Of a stretch of DNA of 30,064 nt, positions 17,914-26,796 are shown one piece after another. The DNA is from a virus (Duplodnaviria > Caudoviricetes), in the IMG/VR virus record IMGVR_UViG_3300048852_000029, positions 1 through 30,064 of that record. One strand, given 5' to 3'. The translations under genes and the position numbers were made by a program. Numbering within the stretch: position 1 is the first letter of the stretch; each line of letters opens with the position of its first letter. The notes beneath the pieces were generated by a model. It searched no databases. It was not told the DNA's origin and saw nothing but the letters and a program-made list of their open reading frames with translations.

Positions 17914-18780
17914 ATGCTTGGAAACAGGGTCTACGAAACCGCTAATGCCCCCGGCACCGGCACCGCCATCAACCTGATCGGGCCGAAGGCGGGCTACGTC
18001 GGGTTCGTCTCCGCCTTCGGCAGCGGCGCCAGCTGCTACTACGAGATCACCGATGGCTCGCAGTCGGAGATCCAATCGGGCACCGTGACCGCGGGGGCAC
18101 CGAACAAGCTGACGCGCGGCACGCCCATGTGGACCTCCGTGCATGGCGTGACGAACCCGACGCGACTGAACTTCACGGGCGAGGTGTCGGTGTTCTGCGT
18201 GCTGCCCGCGCAGAAGGCGCTCTATCGCGACGCCAACGGGCACCTCGCTCTCGGCGCCTTCGACCTATCCGCGCGCAATGTCACGCTGACCGGCAATCTG
18301 ACGGCGAGCGGGACGCTGTCGGCCGGGCCGTTCTACGCCACGTCGGCGAGCATCACGGCCGCGGGCGACGCAGTCGTGCAGCTCGAGCCGACTGGTCAGG
18401 CGGTGGGCAGCTATCGCAGGAAGCAGATTATCGCGTCGCCCAACATCGGCGATGGATGGCTGTTTCGAACCGTCAGGCCGTCCGACAACGCCGTCGTGGA
18501 CTACACGCTCGGCGGCCCGACCGGCGGCATCTGGACGAGCGGCAACTTCGACCCGGCCTCCAAGGCCAACGTCTCTCACACCCACACCAAAAGCCAGATC
18601 ACCGATTTCGGGACCTACCTCACAGGCGTCGTCGCCAAGCGTGTCGTCTACTCGGGGGTCAATATGGGCGCTGGTGACGATCTGCGGGCCTGCGAGCTCG
18701 AGATCGTCAATGGCACGCAAGTCCGCCTTGTGGAGTCGCGCAGCTACCGGACCGCCGCTGACCCAGGCGGTGGCGATTAA
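17914..18780 (+). CDS. Tail fibre protein
   Basis: N-terminal MLGNRVYET...GTG fibre-attachment-type domain; IWTSGNFDP..KA...HTH...I.DF fibre motif; end of the tail module. Confidence 0.75.
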   Translation: MLGNRVYETANAPGTGTAINLIGPKAGYVGFVSAFGSGASCYYEITDGSQSEIQSGTVTAGAPNKLTRGTPMWTSVHGVTNPTRLNFTGEVSVFCVLPAQKALYRDANGHLALGAFDLSARNVTLTGNLTASGTLSAGPFYATSASITAAGDAVVQLEPTGQAVGSYRRKQIIASPNIGDGWLFRTVRPSDNAVVDYTLGGPTGGIWTSGNFDPASKANVSHTHTKSQITDFGTYLTGVVAKRVVYSGVNMGAGDDLRACELEIVNGTQVRLVESRSYRTAADPGGGD

Positions 18781-18791
18781 GGGGATCCACC

Positions 18792-19229
18792 ATGGCAACC
18801 TACTTCCGCTTCCGGAACGCCGATGGCTCCTTCGTCGGCTTCGACTTCCAGCCGCTCTTCCCCGGCGAGGAGGAAGAGTACACGCTCGTCGAGGCGTCGC
18901 CGGAGCAGCTCGCGCGTCACGAGACGGGTTCCTCGTTCAGCCTGGTCGAGGGCGCCGTCGCCGAGCGGGAGCTTCCGCCGCCGCCGCCGGTGCGCACCGT
19001 CGCGCCATACGAGTTCCGGCGCCGCTTCACCCTGTCCGAGCGCGCGTCCATGACCCTGGCGGCTTCGCAGGCGCTCGACGCGGGCAACACCGCCCTGCAG
19101 GTCGCGCTCGATGACCTGGCGTCGGCGGTCGAGGTGAACCTTGACGACCCCGACGTGCGCACGGGCCTCGAGGCATTCGTCACCGCGGGCGCGCTGACGC
19201 AGGCGCGCCTCGACGAGGTCCTCGCCTAA
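18792..19229 (+). CDS. Phage protein after the tail fibre (possible fibre chaperone)
   Basis: AAGGGG SD; EFRRRFT..ER...VNLDDP.V..GL...V.AG.LT..R..EVL pattern. Confidence 0.7.
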   Translation: MATYFRFRNADGSFVGFDFQPLFPGEEEEYTLVEASPEQLARHETGSSFSLVEGAVAERELPPPPPVRTVAPYEFRRRFTLSERASMTLAASQALDAGNTALQVALDDLASAVEVNLDDPDVRTGLEAFVTAGALTQARLDEVLA

Positions 19230-19271
19230 CCACCGTGCACCGGCGGCCAGAGCGCCGCCCCGGAGGCTTCC

Positions 19272-19421
19272 ATGCCAGGTCCCGCCATCACGGCGACGCG
19301 GCGCTTCGGCGCGCGCGCCTCCGCCCGCATGCCCGCCGTCTTGCGCAGCTCCACTGTCACCGCCTGGTGCGACGCGCGGGACACCCTGACGGCCGCGGCA
19401 GCGCCGGAGAGTGGCGAGTGA
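19272..19421 (+). CDS. Small hypothetical protein (49 aa)
   Basis: GGAGG SD at 19262-19266, ATG 19272, TGA overlapping the GTG of the next gene. Confidence 0.4.
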   Translation: MPGPAITATRRFGARASARMPAVLRSSTVTAWCDARDTLTAAAAPESGE

Positions 19422-19714
19422 GCGCCGCGGGGGTAGAGGCGCCGGCACCGGCGGCGGCGGAGGAATCGGCGGCCGCCTCGGCGGTCGGCGGCCGCTGGAC
19501 GGAAACCTGGCGCGGCCTGTCGCGGGCGCTGAACGGCGCGTGCGGCGGCTCCGGCGCGGTGACGTTCTCGGCGGCCAGCTATCAGCTCACGCGCGACGGC
19601 GACCCGTCCGGCCTGCCGCGCGTGCGCTTCGTGGATTTCTTCTTCGGCGCCGGGCATTGCGCGGATGGCTGGCGCTGGCACCGGGCGCGCGGGCTGTTCC
19701 GCCGGCTCCCGTAG
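19418..19714 (+). CDS. Small phage protein of unknown function
   Basis: GTGA overlap; LN...GG....T.SA...VD.FF..GHC pattern I associate with small genes near phage lysis cassettes. Confidence 0.55.
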   Translation: MSAAGVEAPAPAAAEESAAASAVGGRWTETWRGLSRALNGACGGSGAVTFSAASYQLTRDGDPSGLPRVRFVDFFFGAGHCADGWRWHRARGLFRRLP

Positions 19715-19804
19715 GGGCGGCTCCGCGCCGCCGCGGCGCTCGAGGGGTGACCATCGCGGCGCGCCGCGTCGCTCTCTGACAATTCGTGCCTGGAGGTGGC
19801 CGCC

Positions 19805-20131
19805 ATGTCGCTGGTACCTGATCCGCTGCCGTCGCTCGGCGAGGCTCTCGCCAGCTTCGCGGCCGCCGCAGCCGGGCGCGGGCTACTGCTCTTCGGTGCG
19901 ACGCGCGAGCGCGTCACCAGGCGCCGCCTTCTGCTGTTGCTGGTCTACGAGCTGCCGTTGATCGGCGCCTGCGCCGTCATGGGTGCTCTGGTCTGCGGCG
20001 CGGTCGGTGTGGAGGGCAGCCCCGCGCTGGTGATCATCGGCGTGCTGGCCAACAAGGGGCCGGCGGTACTCGATCCGCTGCTTGGCGACCTGCTGGAGCC
20101 GCGCCGCCGCGGCGGTCGCCCCGGCGCCTGA
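19805..20131 (+). CDS. Putative holin
   Basis: GGAGG SD; 108 aa with 2-3 hydrophobic segments and a basic C-terminus (RRRGGR); upstream of the endolysin. Confidence 0.6.
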   Translation: MSLVPDPLPSLGEALASFAAAAAGRGLLLFGATRERVTRRRLLLLLVYELPLIGACAVMGALVCGAVGVEGSPALVIIGVLANKGPAVLDPLLGDLLEPRRRGGRPGA

Positions 20132-20180
20132 ATCCCCGTCGCCGGGCAGGCGACAATTCGACAATCAGGAGGAGCAGGTG

Positions 20181-20741
20181 ATGGCCTTGCCATTGCTGCC
20201 GGCCTTGCTGCCGGCAATAGGCGCGCTCGCGCCCGAGCTGCTGCGCCATGTCATCGGCGAGAAGGCTGGTGACGTGGCGGACCAGGTGGTCGGCGCGGTG
20301 CGCTCTGTCGTCGGCGCCGACAGCCCGGAGGCGGTCGAGGCCGCGATCCGGGATCCGCAGCTGGCAGTGCAACTCCGCATCCGGCTCGCCGAAATCGCGG
20401 CGGAGCGGGAGAAGGCAGAGCGCCGGGCCGAGCTCGAGGAGCTGGTGGCGCTGCAGGGCGACAGGGCCGGCGCTCGCAGCCAGACGGTGGCGCTGGCACA
20501 GGCGGGCTCCGTCATCGCCTGGGGCGCGCCTCTGGTCTCTATCCTGGTGATGATCGCCTTCGGGGTGGCCTGCTGGATGGTGCTGACCAGGTCGCTGCCC
20601 GAGGGCTCGCAGGATATCGCGCTCTACACCATGGGCGCCCTGCAGAGCATGGCAGCGGCCGTGGTCGCATACTGGGTCGGCTCGAGCGCCGGTAGCGCGC
20701 GCAAGGACGAGGCGCTGCGCGCCGTGGCGGGGCAGCGATGA
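20181..20741 (+). CDS. Holin-like membrane protein
   Basis: AGGAGG SD; hydrophobic N-terminus, coiled coil, two C-terminal TM segments ending YWVGSSAGS.RK; ATGA overlap with the endolysin. Confidence 0.65.
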   Translation: MALPLLPALLPAIGALAPELLRHVIGEKAGDVADQVVGAVRSVVGADSPEAVEAAIRDPQLAVQLRIRLAEIAAEREKAERRAELEELVALQGDRAGARSQTVALAQAGSVIAWGAPLVSILVMIAFGVACWMVLTRSLPEGSQDIALYTMGALQSMAAAVVAYWVGSSAGSARKDEALRAVAGQR

Positions 20742-21502
20742 GCTTCCTCGCCCGCCTGTCCACCTTCCTCGGCCAGTGGCGGGAGGCGCCCGCGGCGCCG
20801 CCGGCACCGCCGCCAGGCCAGGCCGCGATTCCGGTGATGGCGGTCGGCGATGCCGCCGCCGCCGCGCCGGAGCCGGTGCGCCCCATGCCCGCCATGCTGC
20901 GGGCCCTGGGCGTGCAAGAGGCCGAGGCCTGGGCCGCCGCCCTGGCCCCGGCCTGCCGGACGCACGGCATTACTACGCGCGACCGCCTGGCGGCCTTCCT
21001 GGCGCAGGTAGGGCACGAATCCGGGGGCTTCCGGCGCCTGGTGGAGAGCCTGGACTACACGCCGGAGGCGCTGCAGCTGGTCTGGCCGAGCCGCTTCGAC
21101 GCGGACCTGGCTTGGCGCCTCGGCCGCCGGCTGGGCCATCCGGCGGAGCAGCAGCAGATCGCCGAGATCGCCTATGGCGGCCGCCTGGGCAATCGCCCGG
21201 CCGGCACCGGCGACGGCTGGGCATTCCGGGGCAGGGGGCTGATCCAGCACACCGGCCGCGAGGCTTATGAGCGGGTGGCTGGCTGGACTGGCCTGCCGCT
21301 GGCGGAGGTGGCGGGCTACCTCGAGACGCGCGAGGGCGCGGCTGAGAGCGCGGCGCGCTGGTGGGCGGAGATGGGCTGCAACGAGCTCGCCGACGCTGGC
21401 GCCTTCGACAGCATCACCCGGCGCATCAACGGCGGGACGAATGGGCAGGAGGACCGCCTGAGCCGCTGGGCGGCTGCGCGGGAGGTGGTGGGGGTGGCGT
21501 AG
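20738..21502 (+). CDS. Endolysin, glycoside hydrolase family 19
   Basis: AAFLAQVGHESGGF...VESLDY, FRGRGLIQHTGR..Y and ITRRINGG motifs. Confidence 0.92.
   Translation: MSFLARLSTFLGQWREAPAAPPAPPPGQAAIPVMAVGDAAAAAPEPVRPMPAMLRALGVQEAEAWAAALAPACRTHGITTRDRLAAFLAQVGHESGGFRRLVESLDYTPEALQLVWPSRFDADLAWRLGRRLGHPAEQQQIAEIAYGGRLGNRPAGTGDGWAFRGRGLIQHTGREAYERVAGWTGLPLAEVAGYLETREGAAESAARWWAEMGCNELADAGAFDSITRRINGGTNGQEDRLSRWAAAREVVGVA
21263..21502 (+). repeat. Imperfect 240-bp direct repeat, copy 1 (last 80 codons of the endolysin)
   Basis: Gapless alignment with 22337-22576; many differences are synonymous third-position changes. Confidence 0.95.
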
Positions 21503-21579
21503 CAATCCCGCCTTCGCTGTGGTGGAAGAGGCGGCGCCGACTTTCGGACGCTAAGAAATAAGACATGGCTCGGCGGTCT

Positions 21580-21595
21580 GGCCCCTTTCGGGGCC
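21580..21595 (-). terminator. GAAA-tetraloop hairpin directly after the PEP-CTERM gene stop
   Basis: Minus strand reads TAA-GGCCCC-GAAA-GGGGCC; no U tract. Confidence 0.45.
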
Positions 21596-22243
21596 TTACC
21601 TCTGTCCGAAGCGGCGGCGAACGCCTGCTAGGCCGGCTAGGGCGAATCCAAAAAGAAGAAGGCTGCTGGGCTCCGGTACAGTGACGAACGTGAAGTTAGG
21701 CCCGAAGTAACCGCTTCCCGACGGGCCTACTTCATTGGGGAAAGCGAAGCCGGAACGGTTGAATAGGTTGGTCTGAGTCAAAGACACTTCGGGAGCCATA
21801 TTCACGTGACCGCCGTACGCCAGGAAGAGATTACTCTCGTTCATGTCTTGGGCGTAACTTGCCGCGATGACATAATCCACGCCCGTGACGAGACTAAGCG
21901 GATCGATCGGTAGAAAGCGAAAGACTCCATCCAAAACTGCGGCACCTCTGGGCGTCGCTCCCGTCCCGACATCGAAGTAGGCTGAGGCTAATAGGTTTCC
22001 AGCACCATCCCAGAGATTGACCGTGTGAGTGCTTTGGAAGCCGGTATGCCAGCCGTCCCAGAGCCCGAGTTCTGTCAGGGTGATAGCCTGATTAACCCGG
22101 AAGCCCCATCCACGCGCAGACGCCGGTAGTCCCTCGAAACCCAGTGTTGGGTCACTTACGTCGATGACTGCGATACTGCCGGCCTGCGCCCCACTGGCAA
22201 CCGTTAAGGAGATCAGGGCAGAGAGAAACCATCGGAGAAGCAC
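21596..22243 (-). CDS. PEP-CTERM sorting-domain exported protein (215 aa)
   Basis: GGAGG SD then GTG at 22243; signal peptide MLLRWFLSALISLTVASGAQA; C-terminal VPEPSSLLLFGFALAGLAGVRRR; core GWGF.V...I.LT.LG.WD...GPNF.F resembles DUF4082-like domains. Confidence 0.9.
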   Translation of the reverse strand: MLLRWFLSALISLTVASGAQAGSIAVIDVSDPTLGFEGLPASARGWGFRVNQAITLTELGLWDGWHTGFQSTHTVNLWDGAGNLLASAYFDVGTGATPRGAAVLDGVFRFLPIDPLSLVTGVDYVIAASYAQDMNESNLFLAYGGHVNMAPEVSLTQTNLFNRSGFAFPNEVGPSGSGYFGPNFTFVTVPEPSSLLLFGFALAGLAGVRRRFGQR

Positions 22244-22336
22244 TCGATCCTCCCGGGCAAGGCATATCGTTGCATAAAACGCGCAATTTTTGCTGCTGTC
22301 GATACATGGAGTGCTCCCCATCAGTCCGGGCACTCT

Positions 22337-22576
22337 GCCTATGAGCGGGTGGCCAGCTGGACAGGCCTGCCGCTGGAGGAGGTGGCCGGCTACCTCGAGA
22401 CCCGCGAGGGCGCGGCCGAGAGCGCGGCGCGCTGGTGGGCGGAGATGGGCTGCAACGAGCTCGCCGATGCCGGCGCCTTCGAGGCGATCACCCGCCGCAT
22501 CAATGGCGGGACCAACGGGACAGCGGATCGCCAGCGCCGCTGGGCAGCGGCGCGGGAGGTCATGAGAGTGGCGTAA
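22337..22576 (+). pseudogene. Orphan 3' fragment of a second GH19 endolysin allele (direct repeat copy 2)
   Basis: AYERVASWTGLPLEEVAGYLETREGAAESAARWWAEMGCNELADAGAFEAITRRINGG...VA*; lacks the catalytic N-terminal part. Confidence 0.9.
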
Positions 22577-22755
22577 GTTGGAAGCCAACCACCGGCGCCG
22601 CTTCGGACCCGAGCCGACATTTGCCAAGTTGGCCAGGCTCCGGAGGTAATTCGCCGACTATCGCATTGCGTTTCCGGCAGCTAAATTGTGTCAGATGGTG
22701 CTGGGTCGACGGTCACCTCGTCTACCGCCCCATGAAGCGCGTGTGGACTTGGTAG

Positions 22756-24099
22756 ATGGATCCTCACCTCACCGACCTCGATGCCCTTATCCTGAGGGTG
22801 CGCTCACGCCGTTCGCGCGAGTACATCGCCGAGGCCGTCGCGGCATACCGCGTGGGCGCATACAAGGCCGCTATCGTGGGGACCTGGATCGCGGTGTCCT
22901 TCGATATCCTCTCGAAGATCAGGGAGCTGAGCCAGGCAGGTGACAAGGCCGCGGTCACGTTCATGGAGGATTTTGACAAGGCGGTAGCGAACGGCAACCG
23001 CGAGCGCCTGCTGAAGTTGGAGAACGAGCTCCTCGATAAAGCGTCCGACCCGTTCGCCTTCATCGGGCAGCAAGAAAAGCTGCACCTGTCGCGTCTGAAG
23101 GAGGACCGGAACCTCTGCTCCCATCCTGCCTTCTCTACCGAGGCAGAGCTCTTCCAGCCGCGGCCGGAGCTCGTCCGGCTGCACATTGTCACTGCCGTCG
23201 AGACCCTCCTCGCCGCCGCGCCAGTTCAAGGTCGGACCATGATCACGGCCTTCGCGGACGATGTGCCATCCCCGTCGTTTCCACGCGAGCGCGAGCAGGC
23301 CATCCGCTATGTCGCCGAGCGCTACCTCTCGCGCCTGCGGGCCTCGTCGCTTGATAGCTTCGCGACGGTGCTGCTCAAGGGATTCCTACGTCGTGACGTC
23401 GCAGGTTGGAAGGGCCACGAAGCGTCCATTCTCCACGCCCTTGCCGCCATTGCCCGGCACCATCTGCATGCATGGCGCAGCGACGTCCGAGAATTGGCTT
23501 TGCGCCAGATAGAGAGCGCATCCGGCGATCAGCTCGGGCGCGTCTTCGGGCTGCTGAAGGAATTTCCGGACATCCTAGAGCGCCTGGATCCGGCGACCCG
23601 AATCCGGCTCGATGCCGTCATCGACAACCACGATCCCAAAGCGCCGTCCGAGGACGGGATTTTCGCGGCAGTTGATATCGCCGGGTTCGCTGAGCGCGTT
23701 CGCAATGCCTATGCCCGCCTGGACTCGGAGCGTAGAGCCAGAGTGCTGCGAGCGCATCCTAGTCGCGCTTTCCTTCCCCTATCGCTGAAGGAACTGCGCG
23801 AGGCCGGAAGCTTCCGAGGGGCAGAGGCGATCTTCCAACGGTCGATCACCCCGTTGGCGGAGATGGTGACCACCGAGGACCTTGGGCAACTCGCCGCGGC
23901 CATTCAGTCGAACAGCGAGGTATGGGATGCCGCGGCGATCCCGGCATACCTCGCCGACTTCATCGAGCGCGTACCGCCGCATGTCCAGCTCGATCAAGCC
24001 CCCTGGGCAGCACTCCATGCCTTCCTCGATGGTGTGGATCGGATCGCGCACTTCAGCGAAGCTTGGGAAGTATTGGCTCGACGCGGGGTGGCGCTCTAA
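22756..24099 (+). CDS. HEPN-motif protein (candidate anti-phage/abortive infection effector)
   Basis: N-terminal EA..AY..GAY.AAIV..W.AV..D helical region and RNLCSH (R-x4-H) motif; helical C-terminus; moron position. Confidence 0.7.
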   Translation: MDPHLTDLDALILRVRSRRSREYIAEAVAAYRVGAYKAAIVGTWIAVSFDILSKIRELSQAGDKAAVTFMEDFDKAVANGNRERLLKLENELLDKASDPFAFIGQQEKLHLSRLKEDRNLCSHPAFSTEAELFQPRPELVRLHIVTAVETLLAAAPVQGRTMITAFADDVPSPSFPREREQAIRYVAERYLSRLRASSLDSFATVLLKGFLRRDVAGWKGHEASILHALAAIARHHLHAWRSDVRELALRQIESASGDQLGRVFGLLKEFPDILERLDPATRIRLDAVIDNHDPKAPSEDGIFAAVDIAGFAERVRNAYARLDSERRARVLRAHPSRAFLPLSLKELREAGSFRGAEAIFQRSITPLAEMVTTEDLGQLAAAIQSNSEVWDAAAIPAYLADFIERVPPHVQLDQAPWAALHAFLDGVDRIAHFSEAWEVLARRGVAL

Positions 24100-24424
24100 C
24101 TCGCTCCCGGGAAGAAGTTGAAGCCCACCACGCACGGCGATGATCTGAACCGCTAGCGTACGCCGGTTGTGGGGCTGCTCAGTCAGAGCCCCGCTATTCG
24201 GAGCAGCACATGGGCTAGCTGGGCCACGCCAGGAAGCTTCTGTTCCACAGGATCTGGGATGTTATAGAAGGCAGGGCAGTCGGCCACGTGGCGCGAACTT
24301 CTGTGGATACTCAGATTAGGTTTTTCTATTTCGTTACAATCGGGACCTTCTTTGTGATTTTTCGTCGAGTTCATGTGAATGTTTGAGGCTTGTGTTCGAT
24401 ATTACCCTTGCCTAAATTCTGATC

Positions 24425-24640
24425 ATGGCAGAATCGGCTTCGCGCGCACCAAAGGTGGGGCCCCATTTTGGGGTGCGATTGCGCGCGCTTATGAGCACGG
24501 TGGGTCTGTTCGTCGCCTCATATGGAATAATGGAAATCTTAAGCCGCTTCGCCGAGCGCCCCGTTGCACTTATAGCGTCAGCCGTAGTGTTCTTCCTTTG
24601 CATCTTGATCCTGCGCAAATCATCTCGACGGCTGGACTAG
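24425..24640 (+). CDS. Possible small two-TM membrane protein (71 aa)
   Basis: Two hydrophobic stretches and a basic tail; no clear SD; overlaps the end of a convergent gene by 21 nt. Confidence 0.3.
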   Translation: MAESASRAPKVGPHFGVRLRALMSTVGLFVASYGIMEILSRFAERPVALIASAVVFFLCILILRKSSRRLD

Positions 24641-25543
24641 TTTGAAACTCGACTGTGACGGCGACCGGATTTGCCGCACATGAAGGATGGCTCTCTCTTT
24701 AACGTGCCAGACACCGTCCTTCTTTTCCTCGACGGTACGCAGTTCCACTTCCATTTGAATGCCGCTGACGAGGGTGATGGCGGTTCGGCCGTTGATCATG
24801 TCGTCTAGAAACTGGGCGTCCTTTACTGGGGCGCTCAGTGGCCCGCTGGCGCTCTGAAACCGCCAGTGCCTGCGCGTGTCGGCGAGTAGGACCGGACTGA
24901 CTAAGCTGAGGTTCACGATCTCAACCCGTGTCCTTTTGGTCGCGCTTTCCATCTCCTGCTGGATCAGGCCGGACCTCATTCCAAACTCTGACCGTGGGAC
25001 AATGTTGGAACGATCTACTTCCCGCCCGTGAGCGACGGTGACACCCCTTACAGCAGGGTCGGTCTGCAACTCGCGGTAAACTCTTTCCGCCTGCGGTGCG
25101 CCCACGCGACGGGCGACAGTTGCAGCCGTCCTTTCGATTATCTGCTCGATCTGCTCAGGTGAGAAGCTGGGCTGCTCCTCCGAGGCAATGAAATGGTCCA
25201 GCACTCTTTCGTATGTCCATTCGACCGTCTTCACAGAGAAGAAGGTCGCCATCGCAAGAGCGATGACCTTTATGTTCTGCCGTGCGGTGGCATCTGGCTT
25301 CCCGAAGAATCTCAGCAGCGAGTTGAGCGAGAGGCTGCCCTCGGTGCCGCTAACCAGCTCGATCCGTATGCCCAGCGACGGATCCAAAACGAACGAAAGC
25401 TCCCGCACTGCGCTAGCGAACGCGAGTGACGCCCGCGCCACTACTTCGAGGTCGGCCTTGGTATCCGGCGCGAGATCAATGTAGAGGGTGAGAGTTTCGA
25501 GGGTACCTGACTTTAAGAGGTCAGGTGGCATCGCCTCAGACAT
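24620..25543 (-). CDS. Hypothetical accessory protein (307 aa)
   Basis: Long ORF in an AT-richer region with globular composition (EGSL motif; C-terminal WRF......A.V.D..FL segment). Confidence 0.75.
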   Translation of the reverse strand: MSEAMPPDLLKSGTLETLTLYIDLAPDTKADLEVVARASLAFASAVRELSFVLDPSLGIRIELVSGTEGSLSLNSLLRFFGKPDATARQNIKVIALAMATFFSVKTVEWTYERVLDHFIASEEQPSFSPEQIEQIIERTAATVARRVGAPQAERVYRELQTDPAVRGVTVAHGREVDRSNIVPRSEFGMRSGLIQQEMESATKRTRVEIVNLSLVSPVLLADTRRHWRFQSASGPLSAPVKDAQFLDDMINGRTAITLVSGIQMEVELRTVEEKKDGVWHVKERAILHVRQIRSPSQSSFKLVQPSR

Positions 25544-25728
25544 GAGAAGTCCGCATCGTTTCTTTCCGGCTCCTTTGAGGAACGCTGCGACCAGGACCGA
25601 AACATGTCAAAGGCCTGGGTTTCCACGCCGTACTCACGACTTCGTGAGAAGAGGCTGGCAAATGGCTAACCAAACGACCGATCACTCGATCACTGTTGAT
25701 GCCGCGGCAGTGGCCGCCAGAGATGCGG

Positions 25729-26112
25729 TCACTGCCGCTGGGCCGCAAAGACTTCTTCGATCATGGGCAGCCGGGCCTGCGCAGAGGCGCATCGCCGCTC
25801 CTGGGGCTCCCTAATGTCCGAAGGAACGGCGATCTCCTGCATTGCGATCGCTACGTCCACAAGCAGGCGAACCTCGGGCACGGTCAACTGGTCGGGGCCC
25901 CTCATGTCGGCCAGGGCGACGTGCAGTGCCGAGCGAGCAGCATTGCGCACCTGCTGCGCCCAGCCTCGGTCCCGCAGGCCGCACCGCACCACAGTTTCCA
26001 CGTCGCGAGTGTGGCCAGTGGCCAGCTCGATAAGGGCCGCTACTCGGGGGATGTTCTGCCCCCAGGCGGGCGTAGCCACCGCAAGCGCGGCAGCGAAGAT
26101 CAGCTTCTTCAT
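25729..26112 (-). CDS. Small exported protein (127 aa)
   Basis: Signal peptide MKKLIFAAALAVATPAWG; two Cys. Confidence 0.65.
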   Translation of the reverse strand: MKKLIFAAALAVATPAWGQNIPRVAALIELATGHTRDVETVVRCGLRDRGWAQQVRNAARSALHVALADMRGPDQLTVPEVRLLVDVAIAMQEIAVPSDIREPQERRCASAQARLPMIEEVFAAQRQ

Positions 26113-26339
26113 GAGGGCACCTATGGACCGCCTCGCCAGCTCCAGGGCAGGGCTGGGGGGCGGGTCATTGACCACTTGGTGTTCTGAGCCTGCGGGGTGG
26201 CCGCCGGCTACTTGAGCTGGGCGCTGAGCCCTAGCTCACATCCGCCTCGACGGGCCCCGCGAGGTCCGGGTGGTTCTGCTTCGGTCGGCGGTTATAGAGA
26301 GGGCTCCTGCTGCCTAACCCCTGCTAGCGCAGTGTTCGA

Positions 26340-26654
26340 CTAGGTGCAGTGCTTCTCGACGCTGAGGTCTCGAAGTTGCTGCAGGCGTCTCTCACCGGAA
26401 AGCTCCGCGGCGTCGCCTTCCATGACGTTGCCGATCCCGAAGTCGCCAAGAAAGCCGAGGACGTGTGCGGCATTGGTGTCGCGCCGCTGCATGCGAACAT
26501 TGCTCAGAAACTGCTCGGTCCGCACAGTCTCAAGGCGGATATCCCGGCATTCCATCAGTTCACGCTCGGATGCGGATACGTCGGTCAACCGCCCATATCG
26601 CTGGGTTGCACAGCCCGCAAGCAGCAGGGCGGCAAGGGTAAGAGCAACACGCAT
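26340..26654 (-). CDS. Lipoprotein (104 aa)
   Basis: GGAG SD; MRVALTLAALLLAGC lipobox; two further Cys. Confidence 0.8.
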   Translation of the reverse strand: MRVALTLAALLLAGCATQRYGRLTDVSASERELMECRDIRLETVRTEQFLSNVRMQRRDTNAAHVLGFLGDFGIGNVMEGDAAELSGERRLQQLRDLSVEKHCT

Positions 26655-26796
26655 GGCAGACTCCGTTACGGAGCCGCCAGACTAATCCTTTCGCGTTATG
26701 GTTTAGAAGTGGGTGTTTGATCTCGCGCAGTTGCCGCGGGGGCGCTGGGGACGTGTCATGCCGCCGTCAGTGACGGGCTGTCGCACCTAATCGGGA

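Noticed and set aside
1-21502. Gene transfer agent rather than prophage
   Set aside because: The long tape measure, linked lysis cassette, variable morons and tRNA-adjacent end fit a temperate phage; gene content does not match the compact RcGTA cluster.
21263-22576. Diversity-generating retroelement TR/VR pair (repeat of a gene 3' end)
   Set aside because: Mismatches are not adenine-specific in either copy (many C/T and C/G synonymous changes), and there is no reverse transcriptase in the window.
24100-24420. Small ORF (24183-24374) or ncRNA downstream of the HEPN gene
   Set aside because: Only one modest hairpin (~24169-24193), no clear promoter-terminator pair, and no SD or motif for the ORF.
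26340-26654. o-spanin (Rz1) assignment for the lipoprotein
   Set aside because: It is on the opposite strand, ~5 kb from the lysis cassette, not Pro-rich and has no i-spanin partner. No spanin pair was recognised in the window.
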